A program made the position numbers and the translations under genes. DNA of 64,000 bases from positions 128,001 to 192,000 of IMG/VR virus record IMGVR_UViG_3300044551_000092; one strand, 5' to 3'. The stretch comes from a virus (lineage: Duplodnaviria; Caudoviricetes). Shown one piece after another: positions 39,910 through 48,938 of this stretch (position 1 is its first letter; every line of letters starts with the position of its first letter). A model generated the notes under the pieces. The model had not been told where the DNA came from. It did no database searches and worked only from the letters and a program-made list of their open reading frames with translations.

Positions 39910-42900
39910 ATGGAGGGGGATCAAGAACCTATCGTCCATTTACACGTTCACAGCGAAAACAGCTTATTGGACGGCTTATCAAAAATAGATGAACTGATTA
40001 CACGAGCAAAAGAAATCGGCAGCCCCGCATTAGCATTAACCGACCATGGAACGTGTGCTGGAATTCCAAGCTTTATTCGTAGTTGTAAAAAAGCTGGAAT
40101 TAAACCCATTCCTGGCTGCGAAGCCTATATGACAAAGAATCGTCTCGTTAAAAGCGAACAGCTTTCAGACATGCGAACTAATCTTTGTTTGAAATATCAT
40201 ATTTTAAACACAAGTAAAAAGCCTGATATGAAACGTTTAGGGAAGTTTCTTCGCGGGATGTTGAAAAACCCATCCACGTTTAAAGAACAGGCTGATGATT
40301 TATTAAAAGACTACTATATGCAAAATACGGTAGATCTTTTCAGCATTTTTGACGCACAACCAACGAAGCAACAAATGCAGGCTAATTTCCTGCACGACAT
40401 AAATAACTACCTGGACTTTGAGACCTATCATTTGCTATTAATCCCTATCGATAATGCAGGCCTGGCTGACCTGTACGAAATTGTATCGGATGCACACATT
40501 AATGGTTTTTACGGCAAGCCACGTACGGATCTGCAAATTATACAAGAAAAAGGTTTAGGCAAACACATGATAGCAACGTCAACTTGTCTGGGTGGTTATT
40601 TTTCTCATTTGTGCTTGGCAGGGCGAATTGAACAAGCTAAGAAATATATTAAAAAATGCAAAAATATTTTTTACGGTTATTATCTAGAAAAACAGGCTTC
40701 GCAACTTCCAAAACAAATTCAATTAAATGCAATTATAGATCAACTGGCAGTTGAAACACATACGCCAAAAATCGTAACTTGCGATGTGCACTTTGCTCGA
40801 AAAGAAGATCATGATACACAAGATGCCTTAATTTGCATGTCAATCAACAAATGCCTGAACGACCCCGATCGCTATCATTACGCTCCGGATTACTATTTAA
40901 AAACGGCCGGCGAGATTCGCCAACAAGTGAATGACGACGAAGCAATCGCCAATACACTTGAAATTGCCAAACAAGTAAATGTGTCTGAGCCTAAAAAGCC
41001 ACTGTTTCCAAAAATGCAGGTAGCGAAGGGGGCCACAGCAGAAGCATTACTTCGGCATCAAGCCTGGCAGAATCTTTTTCAAATGTGCCTCAAGCATTCA
41101 GAGTGGAATATAGAAAGCTATTCTCAACGATTAGCATATGAGCTGAATGTGATCTGTAAGATGCAATTTGCTGACTATTTCTTAATTGAGTCAGACATGA
41201 TCAATGCGGCAAATGATGCTGGTTATCTAACGGGGCCGGGACGTGGATCGGGTGCCGGCTCACTGACTTGCTATGTAATGGGGATTACTAAAGTTGATCC
41301 ACTCAAATATGGGTTGCTGTTTGAACGATTTCTAAATCCTGAACGGGCCGGGTATCCTGACATAGATGTCGATTACAGCTACTCAGCTGCTCGATGGACG
41401 CAAAATTATCTAAAAAAAACATATGGAAATGATCGAGTCGCTCAAATTGGAACGACGGGGACGATGGCAGCACGTCAAGTTATTCGCGCCGTAGGGAAAG
41501 TGCTTGGTTATGATCTGGACACACAGGATCGATTTGCCAAGGCGATTCCCGACGCCCCACATACCAAACTTGCTGGCGCCTACGAGACTGAAGAAACGGT
41601 GAGAGCGATGGCCAGCCGTTATCCTAAGTGGTGGGACCTGGCAAAAAAGTTAGAGGGCCACGCAAAGAGCCTCGGCGTCCATGCTTCAGGAATTGTTCTA
41701 TCACCAGTAAAAATCGACCGTGTCGTTCCGCTTAGGCGGGATAAAGAGGGGCTTGAAACAACCCAATTTGATATGGAACATATTGAAGATTACTTAGTCA
41801 AATTTGATTTGCTTAAATTAGATACGTTGGATCTCATCCAAAACACGTTAAACAATGCCGGAATAAACGGAAAAATTAACATTAATGAACTGGATTTAGA
41901 AGATCCACGTGTTTATAAAGAAATCTATCAAGCCAATAATCTAGCTGGTATCTTTCAATGTGAATCTAAACTGTTTCAAGATATTATACGTGTTATTCAA
42001 CCAACAAACTTCAATGATTTAAGCGTACTTGTTGCTTTGGGGCGACCAGGGCCGCTAGATTTTGTTGAATCCTATGCTAATCGAAAACATCGAAAGGAAG
42101 AAGAACAATATTCTTTTCCCGAATTAAAACCTGTACTTAAAGAAACCTACGGGATTTTAGTTTATCAGGAACAGGTAATGGCAATGTCTCGTATTTTAGG
42201 CGGATTGACGCTTGGCCAAAGTGACATGATTCGAAAGGGCATCGGGAAGAAAATACCGGATCTTCTGAACCGTTGGCTTGATCTCATGATCTACGGCAGT
42301 AAAAAGTATAAGATGCAACATCAACAGCTGGTGAAGCAATTTCCAAAAAAGGATATGATCCCTTTAAGTGAAGAAGGCAAGCCTTCATTCTGGGTCGATT
42401 ATGATTATAAAAATGTCCCCGAAGTACAGGGGGCTGTCAACCGGGGCTTTAATCTGGAAAAACTGCTTGTCTTAAAAGAGCAATGGATTAAGTTCGGCAA
42501 TTATTGTTTTAATAAAAGCCATAGCGTGTGTTACGGTATGATCTCATTTATCACGGCTTGGCTAAAATGTTACTATCCGGTAGAATTTATGGCCGCACTG
42601 CTCACTCAATCCGAAAATAAAAAAGACAAGAAGAAGCAACCAAAAAACGTGGTTTATATTCAAGAATGTGAAAAAATGGGTATTCTTGTTCTACCTCCTA
42701 ACATTAAACTATCAGAACGAAAATGGACGCCAATTCACAAAGACGGGAAAAGCTATATTCTCATGGGGCTTTCCGGTATAGCCGGCATTAAAGAAGAAAC
42801 GGTTGAAGAAATCAAAAGCTATGATCTGTCTAAAGTTAAGACGTTTGAACAGTTCCTTTGGTGTATCAACCAATATAAAACTGAACACAAGAAAAGCAGA

Positions 42901-43389
42901 CTGAATAAAACGATCGTCATGACTTTGATTAAGTCTGGTGCCCTCGATTGTCTTAGCAGGAATCGCAATAAAATGTTGAAACAATATGCAGAAGCGCAAG
43001 GCAGAGAAGTACCGAAACTGCCGGCCAACACTTCTAAAAAAACAATCATTCAATTTGAGAGGGAAACCATCGGTATGAGTTTAACTTACAAGTCACGCTG
43101 GTCGCAGCTACCACCGGACACGCAAAACATTCAATTTACCGGCTTTATTATTGAAATTAAACCCTTTAAGGCCAAAAGGGATCAAAAAGAACATTGCCGT
43201 TTAATCATTGAAACACAGGAAGATGAAATCAACTGTCTCGTATTTAATCGTACTTGGAAGCAGTATGAAAAACAACTTGTGGTTGGCAATAAAGTCACTT
43301 TTGTTGGCAATAAATCAGACGATACATTTCTAGTCAATCAAATAAAAGTACACTCGCCAGACGAGACAGACTTCTATCAGGAGGCGTGA
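39910..43389 (+). CDS. dnaE: DNA polymerase III alpha subunit (DnaE type) with PHP domain
   Basis: HLHVHSENSLLDG, TDHG, GRGSGAGS, PDIDVD, KFDLL.L, FNKSH; GGAGG SD before ATG 39910. Confidence 0.95.
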   Translation: MEGDQEPIVHLHVHSENSLLDGLSKIDELITRAKEIGSPALALTDHGTCAGIPSFIRSCKKAGIKPIPGCEAYMTKNRLVKSEQLSDMRTNLCLKYHILNTSKKPDMKRLGKFLRGMLKNPSTFKEQADDLLKDYYMQNTVDLFSIFDAQPTKQQMQANFLHDINNYLDFETYHLLLIPIDNAGLADLYEIVSDAHINGFYGKPRTDLQIIQEKGLGKHMIATSTCLGGYFSHLCLAGRIEQAKKYIKKCKNIFYGYYLEKQASQLPKQIQLNAIIDQLAVETHTPKIVTCDVHFARKEDHDTQDALICMSINKCLNDPDRYHYAPDYYLKTAGEIRQQVNDDEAIANTLEIAKQVNVSEPKKPLFPKMQVAKGATAEALLRHQAWQNLFQMCLKHSEWNIESYSQRLAYELNVICKMQFADYFLIESDMINAANDAGYLTGPGRGSGAGSLTCYVMGITKVDPLKYGLLFERFLNPERAGYPDIDVDYSYSAARWTQNYLKKTYGNDRVAQIGTTGTMAARQVIRAVGKVLGYDLDTQDRFAKAIPDAPHTKLAGAYETEETVRAMASRYPKWWDLAKKLEGHAKSLGVHASGIVLSPVKIDRVVPLRRDKEGLETTQFDMEHIEDYLVKFDLLKLDTLDLIQNTLNNAGINGKININELDLEDPRVYKEIYQANNLAGIFQCESKLFQDIIRVIQPTNFNDLSVLVALGRPGPLDFVESYANRKHRKEEEQYSFPELKPVLKETYGILVYQEQVMAMSRILGGLTLGQSDMIRKGIGKKIPDLLNRWLDLMIYGSKKYKMQHQQLVKQFPKKDMIPLSEEGKPSFWVDYDYKNVPEVQGAVNRGFNLEKLLVLKEQWIKFGNYCFNKSHSVCYGMISFITAWLKCYYPVEFMAALLTQSENKKDKKKQPKNVVYIQECEKMGILVLPPNIKLSERKWTPIHKDGKSYILMGLSGIAGIKEETVEEIKSYDLSKVKTFEQFLWCINQYKTEHKKSRLNKTIVMTLIKSGALDCLSRNRNKMLKQYAEAQGREVPKLPANTSKKTIIQFERETIGMSLTYKSRWSQLPPDTQNIQFTGFIIEIKPFKAKRDQKEHCRLIIETQEDEINCLVFNRTWKQYEKQLVVGNKVTFVGNKSDDTFLVNQIKVHSPDETDFYQEA

Positions 43390-43391
43390 GG

Positions 43392-43760
43392 ATGGAACTG
43401 ATCAGCGCCTATCTTATGCGTAAAAAAAGCCGTACTGCTGTATTTCATATGACAGTTAATGGAAAAAACATTATCAGTCGTTTAGTGGAAATCCAAATCA
43501 TGCCGACAGTATCTCCTATGTATGGAATAGGTGACATCAATCCAATCGCAAATTCACTAAATGCCTATGAATATGAGTTTAAATTAATAGACATTGACAA
43601 GACAGATTTGGTACTTATTACACAAGCTTATCAAAATTTAGAACTTGTAGACGTATTCTTAAACTTACCGAAGAGAGGAAAAGAAAAGTCACTCAAAGGC
43701 ACTATCACAGATATATCTAGTTTAGATAATGACGAAATTATCTTAACCCTTCGAGTGTAA
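43392..43760 (+). CDS. hypothetical protein with MELIxxYLxR N-terminus
   Basis: MELISAYLMR; overlapped by GGAGG SD at the end of dnaE. Confidence 0.65.
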   Translation: MELISAYLMRKKSRTAVFHMTVNGKNIISRLVEIQIMPTVSPMYGIGDINPIANSLNAYEYEFKLIDIDKTDLVLITQAYQNLELVDVFLNLPKRGKEKSLKGTITDISSLDNDEIILTLRV

Positions 43761-43787
43761 ACCCATAAAGAGGAGTGTTCATTCATC

Positions 43788-44924
43788 ATGGTAGTTTATT
43801 TAGGAACAGACCTTTCACATCATAACTATGCCACGCGGTCAGATGGATCGTTTATTCAGTCATCTATCGATTTTCAACAATTAAAAAAAGCAGCCAGCTT
43901 TGTGATTGCCAAATGTACGGAGGGATCGGAGGCCGGGTCGCACTTTTATGACAATACTTTTGCTTATACCATCACTCAAGCCAATAAGGTAGGCCTCATG
44001 ACACATGCTTATCATTATTTTCGTGGCATATCTGAAAATGATGCTCGAGCCGAAGCCCGCTGGACAGAAAAGAACTTGCGTAAAGCAAAAGTAAAAGGGC
44101 AAATTTTCTGTGACGTTGAAGACAACTCACTTATCCATAATAAAAGCAAACTCACAAAATATGTGGCAGCTTATTTTGACGAGTTATATCGACTGGGTTA
44201 TAAAAAACTAGGACTATATGTCAACCTAAATTTCTATCGAAATTTTATTGATTATCAAGCTCTGAAAAAAGAATTTCCAGGCCTGCTGCTTTGGTTGGCC
44301 AGGTATAACTTTGAAGCAGGTTATAAGGTAGATGTCTGGCAATTCACTAGTACCAAAAAAATTCGTGGTGTTGATGATCCGACCGTTGATTTGGATTATG
44401 CCTATACTAATGAAATGGTGGATGTGAAAGCAGCTAAAGATACCTCAAAAAAATCTGCTGTTTCTAAAATTGTTGATAAAGTTAAGAAGACAGTGACTTC
44501 GCGAAAGACACATAAGATCAAATCTGGAGATACGCTTTGGGAAATTGCGCAATCCCTAAAAGGAGTATCAGTCTCTGACCTTATCCGTTGGAATCCCGGA
44601 GTAAATCCACAAGCACTTAGAATCGGTTCAAAAATTTATATCGAAGGACCAAAAGCTACAAATAAAAAGAAAACGGCTAAAATTTCTTTACCCGGCGGTA
44701 TTCTGAAAAGAGGGAGTCGCGGGAAAGATGTTTTAACCCTACAAAAAGCGCTAGTCAAAGCAAACTTCTATCCGAATAAACACGTTAAGAACAACGGCTG
44801 TGATGGCATCTTTGGGCCAGACACTGAAGATGCTGTGCGCCGATTCCAAAGTGTTTACTGCAATCCGGCAGATGGTATCTATGGGCCAAAGACCAGAGCA
44901 GCGTTACTGAAAAAACTTAGCTAA
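43788..44924 (+). CDS. endolysin: GH25 muramidase, LysM and PG-binding domains
   Basis: DLSHHN, HAYHYF, CDVE, WQFTS, VDLD; LysM HKIKSGDTLWEIA; DGIFGP.T...V..FQ. Confidence 0.92.
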   Translation: MVVYLGTDLSHHNYATRSDGSFIQSSIDFQQLKKAASFVIAKCTEGSEAGSHFYDNTFAYTITQANKVGLMTHAYHYFRGISENDARAEARWTEKNLRKAKVKGQIFCDVEDNSLIHNKSKLTKYVAAYFDELYRLGYKKLGLYVNLNFYRNFIDYQALKKEFPGLLLWLARYNFEAGYKVDVWQFTSTKKIRGVDDPTVDLDYAYTNEMVDVKAAKDTSKKSAVSKIVDKVKKTVTSRKTHKIKSGDTLWEIAQSLKGVSVSDLIRWNPGVNPQALRIGSKIYIEGPKATNKKKTAKISLPGGILKRGSRGKDVLTLQKALVKANFYPNKHVKNNGCDGIFGPDTEDAVRRFQSVYCNPADGIYGPKTRAALLKKLS

Positions 44925-44931
44925 AATTTAA

Positions 44932-44966
44932 GAAATAAAGAGGGGACGCGTTCCCCTTATTTTTTT
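44932..44966 (+). terminator. intrinsic terminator
   Basis: AGGGGA / TCCCCT stem with A-tract before and T-tract after. Confidence 0.7.
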
Positions 44967-45236
44967 ATGGAGGGATTGAAGATGAAATTTACAGTTTCAT
45001 GGAATGTGATCTTCAACATTCTGTATGTCCTGTTTACGATGGGCTTATTGTGGGTGATTAATCATTTTGTGGGATCAACATTTGCTCTACTTATCGGTTT
45101 TGGCATTTTACTAAAACAAGGATTAGATATCGAAGATCGGGTTAATGCCACGTTCGAACTGACCCAAAAAACCAATACTCGGCAGGAGGGGCTGTTTTCA
45201 TGGATGAATACCTTCAGACGACAGAAGCATATCTAA
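44967..45236 (+). CDS. small two-TM membrane protein
   Basis: Two hydrophobic helices; follows the endolysin. Confidence 0.55.
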   Translation: MEGLKMKFTVSWNVIFNILYVLFTMGLLWVINHFVGSTFALLIGFGILLKQGLDIEDRVNATFELTQKTNTRQEGLFSWMNTFRRQKHI

Positions 45237-45439
45237 GAGTCATACAAGGCATATTAACGAAACAGCAACAGGGAAAAGCTGAAATTCTGATTGATGAACT
45301 TTATGACAAGATAAGGGAAATCTGTGAACGAGAAAAACTATCAGTATTAGAAATGATGCATATCATTCTGAAAGCTAATTTCATCGTTTTACAAGCCTGT
45401 AGAAATGACATAGAGGATAAAAAGAAAAAGGAGAATTAA
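45200..45439 (+). CDS. hypothetical protein
   Basis: AGGAGG SD, 79 aa. Confidence 0.55.
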   Translation: MDEYLQTTEAYLRVIQGILTKQQQGKAEILIDELYDKIREICEREKLSVLEMMHIILKANFIVLQACRNDIEDKKKKEN

Positions 45440-45440
45440 A

Positions 45441-46001
45441 ATGAACGATGTTTTTCATTATCCGCTCATATGCTTTTTAGGTCCATCGGGAGTAGGGAAA
45501 TCTACGATTGCAAAAAAAATTAACTTGCCTAAGATTCTTTCTTATCGTACAAGGCCTATTAGAAAGAATGAAAAACAAAAAAATGACGGGTATTTTATTT
45601 CAGAAGAACAATTTCAACAGATGGATCAACAAAAACGTTGGTTAGCTAAAACGACCTATGCGGGTTATCACTACGGAATTACGCAAAACGAACTAGCTAT
45701 TTTAAAAATATCCCCAGCCATTTATATTGTGGACTATCCCGGTTTAACATATCTAGAAAAAATGGTTGCTATGAATAAATCAGCAGTGAGGCTAATTAGT
45801 ATTTTTATCAATGCACCAAAAGAACACCTTATATCCAGGATGCAAAAAGATCAACGTGACTTAAAAAGCATTCAAGATAGGGTGACTCAAATCGAAAAAG
45901 ATCTAAAAAACAAAGACAAATGTGATTATCTAATTTCTAATATCGACTTAAAAGAAACGGTTTCAAATATTATAAAAATCATTGAACATAACCGTCAATG
46001 A
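45441..46001 (+). CDS. gmk: guanylate kinase-like protein
   Basis: GPSGVGKS P-loop, SYRTRP.R..E, YFIS.E.F, YGIT. Confidence 0.8.
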   Translation: MNDVFHYPLICFLGPSGVGKSTIAKKINLPKILSYRTRPIRKNEKQKNDGYFISEEQFQQMDQQKRWLAKTTYAGYHYGITQNELAILKISPAIYIVDYPGLTYLEKMVAMNKSAVRLISIFINAPKEHLISRMQKDQRDLKSIQDRVTQIEKDLKNKDKCDYLISNIDLKETVSNIIKIIEHNRQ

Positions 46002-46145
46002 AAAGGATACTATTACCAATTCATTTTTTAGAAGTATATTGAAAAAACATATTTATGGAGTTTGGTTCTATGGTAAAATGGAAAAGAAATGAAATAATAG
46101 ATAAGGTCTATTACTATAGACCTATCATTGGGGGAGGAAGTCAAC

Positions 46146-46313
46146 TTGATCTATAAGATTGTCTATTTTTCCGAGGATCATTATCAAGAAGTCAAAGCTA
46201 AGATTTTAAACGTGAATTATGATAATGGGATGATCTTAGTCACAGTTAATAACAGAGAGAAAAAACTTCTCGCCGATGATATCTTAGAAGTGACACCGCT
46301 CATGATCGCTTAA
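46146..46313 (+). CDS. YolD-like small protein
   Basis: IVYF...HY.E....I..V......I.V...DDILEV pattern; GGAGG SD. Confidence 0.5.
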   Translation: MIYKIVYFSEDHYQEVKAKILNVNYDNGMILVTVNNREKKLLADDILEVTPLMIA

Positions 46314-46397
46314 ACACTTAAAAATGGATAGGAAATTCAGCAGCTGATTAAAACCGTCCACATTTTAACAGTTGCTTTTTTATGCATGAAAATCAAG

Positions 46398-46426
46398 TTG
46401 AAGGCGAACGTATATTCGTGTATAAT
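46398..46426 (+). promoter_or_regulatory. sigma-A promoter with LexA (Cheo) box in the spacer
   Basis: TTGAAG-17 bp-TATAAT containing CGAACGTATATTCG (46405-46418). Confidence 0.75.
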
Positions 46427-46463
46427 ATTCTTAGCTAATAAACCGAGGAGAGAAGTGGGCTTA

Positions 46464-46637
46464 ATGGGGGATCTAAAATGGAAAATAGTTTATGTAGATT
46501 TTGAAAAGGAGAACTATTACGAAGTCATTGCTCCCGGAGAATATAATACAGAACAACGAATCATGATTGTCAAAAGCAAAGACAAAATGCTGAAAATTCC
46601 TACCGATCATATTTTATCGGCAGAACTCATTTTTTAA
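46464..46637 (+). CDS. YolD-like small protein, paralogue of 46146
   Basis: WKIVY......YYEV...RIMIV...IPTDHILS. Confidence 0.5.
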   Translation: MGDLKWKIVYVDFEKENYYEVIAPGEYNTEQRIMIVKSKDKMLKIPTDHILSAELIF

Positions 46638-46829
46638 GACGATAAATTCTAAATAGAGAAACAAAAGCAAACGAAGTGAAATAGATATTTTAATTTCTAA
46701 AGAAATTATGCAAGGTATCATTCAAAAAACATAAAATGTGCATCCGGTTTTTTAAAGAGCCGTTTATAACAATTTTTTATTGTCTCATAATGTTGAATCA
46801 TTTTATGGTAATCGTGTATAATATGTATT

Positions 46830-46980
46830 GAAGTTGAGTAAAAATAATACCGTTGATGGTTGCAGCCATCAACGGTTAGGCAATTCCGCAAATGAGCGGA
46901 CAGCGCATCGGCAAAATCGAATATCTAATAATGATCCGCTTCAGCCACTGGACGGCATATGTAGCGGATCATTTCTTTTT
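46830..46980 (+). ncRNA. putative type I antitoxin RNA 1 (SR4/RatA-like arrangement)
   Basis: TATAAT near 46817; ends in an ATGATCCGCT/AGCGGATCAT hairpin plus T tract; antisense to the toxin 3' UTR. Confidence 0.65.
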
Positions 46981-47088
46981 ATTTGACAGCATCACCAGAA
47001 CGCCAATGATGCCAAGAATTCCGAAAATTACGGAACAAAAAACGCCCGCAATCTGAAACGCCAACATCAAGGCCTGATAATCTGTCAC
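46969..47088 (-). CDS. type I toxin peptide (BsrG/TxpA-like), 39 aa
   Basis: GTG start, AAGGGGGG SD; MTDYQALMLAFQIAGVFCSVIFGILGIIGVLVMLSNKKK has one TM helix and a basic tail. Confidence 0.8.
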   Translation of the reverse strand: MTDYQALMLAFQIAGVFCSVIFGILGIIGVLVMLSNKKK

Positions 47089-47228
47089 TTGCGCCACCCC
47101 CCTTCGTTGCCGGGGAGTCACTTATCCGCTCATATGCAAATTCATTGCCACTAAAATTATAGCATATGAAAATGTTCAAGCGGGAAATTATTAGTAAATA
47201 GATCAGAAGATAGAAAAGTTATTTGGTT

Positions 47229-47268
47229 AACATTACTTCGTCAAATTAACATTTTACGAAGTAATGTT
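47229..47268. other. loxP-like 13-8-13 inverted-repeat site (putative tyrosine recombinase site)
   Basis: ATTACTTCGTCAA-ATTAACAT-TTTACGAAGTAAT; perfect outer IR AACATTACTTCGT/ACGAAGTAATGTT. Confidence 0.55.
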
Positions 47269-47329
47269 TCCAAGCCTTTATGCCAATCATTAATAAAAAT
47301 CTAAATCACACTGTCTGGCGACACACACC

Positions 47330-47542
47330 TCATTTGCTTAGCTCCCTTTTTTGGGCTTCCCGTAAATTATCCAGAAGAAAAGCCCGCTTCAAGTCTGGCC
47401 ATTCTGCAAGAGCCAGCAGGGCTTCCTGAATCAGCGCGTCATAGGTTGACCGCTTGCCGGTGTGCCTGACAATCATGGCCGTATTAAACAGCATCTGACG
47501 CGTTAAATCATTAACCTTAATCGCTTTTCGCATATCTTTCAT
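47330..47542 (-). CDS. small putative DNA-binding (ribbon-helix-helix-like) protein
   Basis: AGGTG SD; KAIKVNDLTRQML...TYDALIQEAL. Confidence 0.5.
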   Translation of the reverse strand: MKDMRKAIKVNDLTRQMLFNTAMIVRHTGKRSTYDALIQEALLALAEWPDLKRAFLLDNLREAQKRELSK

Positions 47543-47751
47543 AAGATCACACCTTGTTCTTTTAATTAATTTTATTGTACTACGTGAATTCGTTAAGGAT
47601 AATTTTTTTCCTGACAGCCGATGCCTTGCACCCATCATCGATTTCGATCGCTAGGAAGCGTACTTCATTCCAGATTTAGAAATATTTTTCTGTATAATTC
47701 AATTCATAAATTTCATACTAAAGGATATAAAATCATAAGGATGCCGTTCTA

Positions 47752-48558
47752 TTGTTTATTCGACCAATGTTACTTCAGGAAATTGATAAACCGTTTAATA
47801 ATAAACACTGGATTACCGAATTAAAGTTTGACGGAATACGTCTGATCCTTGATCGTTCCGAAGGAATCCATCTTTACTCAAGACAAAATCACGAATGGAC
47901 AGCTGCCCTTCCCCATCTACAAAATTTAGATCTTCCACCTGGGACTGTACTTGATGGTGAACTGATTCTTCCTAACGACATCGGCCAACCAGATTTTGAA
48001 GCACTTATGGGACAATTACTGAGCGGTCGGACAATTTGTAGGGCAGTATACTGCGTTTTTGATATTCTAAAATATGCTGGAGAAACTACTCTGTCTCTTC
48101 CGCTTCTAAAAAGAAAAAAGCTTTTAAAAAGTGTTTTGTCTCAAAATGAGTCCATTATTCAGGTTCCTTTTATTTTAGGAAATGCTTTGGAGTATTTTAA
48201 TGCCATTAAGCAAAAGAATCTTGAAGGAATCGTTTTGAAGAAATTAGATTCTCATTACTATCCCGGGAAAAGATCAAATGAATGGCTCAAAGTAGTTAAT
48301 TATCAGTACATCAATGTTTTGATAACGGGATTTCGGAAAAACCGTTTTGGTTTGTTCCTTTCTTTTCATGACGGCTCGCCTGCTGGAATTTTGGAATTCA
48401 TGGCTTCAAGAGATAAAAAAACCTTTTTTAATCTGGCGTCCCCCATTGAAGAAAAAAATTCTACTGTATTAATTCAACCTATACAATGTCAAGTTAAATA
48501 CAGAAATTTAACAAAACACCAAAGATTGAGGTTGCCTGTTTTTACTCAATTTCTATAA
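47752..48558 (+). CDS. ATP-dependent DNA ligase (LigD-ligase/SPbeta LigB-like)
   Basis: PML, ELKFDGIR, LDGEL, FDIL, EGIVLK, Y.PGKRS..WLK. Confidence 0.9.
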   Translation: MFIRPMLLQEIDKPFNNKHWITELKFDGIRLILDRSEGIHLYSRQNHEWTAALPHLQNLDLPPGTVLDGELILPNDIGQPDFEALMGQLLSGRTICRAVYCVFDILKYAGETTLSLPLLKRKKLLKSVLSQNESIIQVPFILGNALEYFNAIKQKNLEGIVLKKLDSHYYPGKRSNEWLKVVNYQYINVLITGFRKNRFGLFLSFHDGSPAGILEFMASRDKKTFFNLASPIEEKNSTVLIQPIQCQVKYRNLTKHQRLRLPVFTQFL

Positions 48559-48572
48559 GCAGTTATACTAAC

Positions 48573-48601
48573 TTGCCCCAGAATGCCGAAATAGGTATAA
48601 T
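48573..48601 (+). promoter_or_regulatory. sigma-A promoter of antitoxin RNA 2
   Basis: TTGCCC-17 bp-TATAAT. Confidence 0.6.
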
Positions 48602-48607
48602 AATGAC

Positions 48608-48742
48608 AGGAAGTCAGTAAAATAATACCGTTGGTGGTAGCACACCAACGGTTTGGCAACAGACTGCAAATGCAGAACCGCCACCACAGCTGAAATAATC
48701 CGCCATAGCCTTGGTCAAAAGCATAAGGGCGGATTATTTTTT
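48608..48742 (+). ncRNA. putative type I antitoxin RNA 2
   Basis: Shares AAAATAATACCGTTG..CAACGGTT with RNA 1; ends in an AATAATCCGCC/GGCGGATTATT hairpin plus T tract. Confidence 0.65.
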
Positions 48743-48850
48743 ATGATCTGTTTTTGACAGCATTTCCATGATCCTTACAACAACTTCTATTACCAAGAGA
48801 ATTAAACTGGCAAATGCGATTGCAAGGGTCAGTGCTTCGTATGCTGTCAC
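48734..48850 (-). CDS. type I toxin peptide (BsrG-like), 38 aa
   Basis: GTG start, AAGGGGGG SD; MTAYEALTLAIAFASLILLVIEVVVRIMEMLSKTDHKK. Confidence 0.8.
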   Translation of the reverse strand: MTAYEALTLAIAFASLILLVIEVVVRIMEMLSKTDHKK

Positions 48851-48938
48851 GTCTATGCGCCCCCCTTCATACGGGAGTCTGCGGCATAGGCGGTCCGCTC
48901 TTTGCTTTTTCTGTGCCTTTACAAATTATATCATAATA

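Noticed and set aside
39910-43389. Intein or intron in dnaE (also checked in the helicase)
   Set aside because: No C/S...HN splice motifs or endonuclease motifs, and the frames are continuous.
46098-46127. AGGTCTAT/ATAGACCT hairpin before the first YolD-like gene as a riboswitch or terminator
   Set aside because: Short stem, no U tract and no recognisable aptamer.
46979-47179. 66-aa - strand ORF from the track
   Set aside because: It is an alternative frame over the toxin gene, which has the SD and the family-like sequence.
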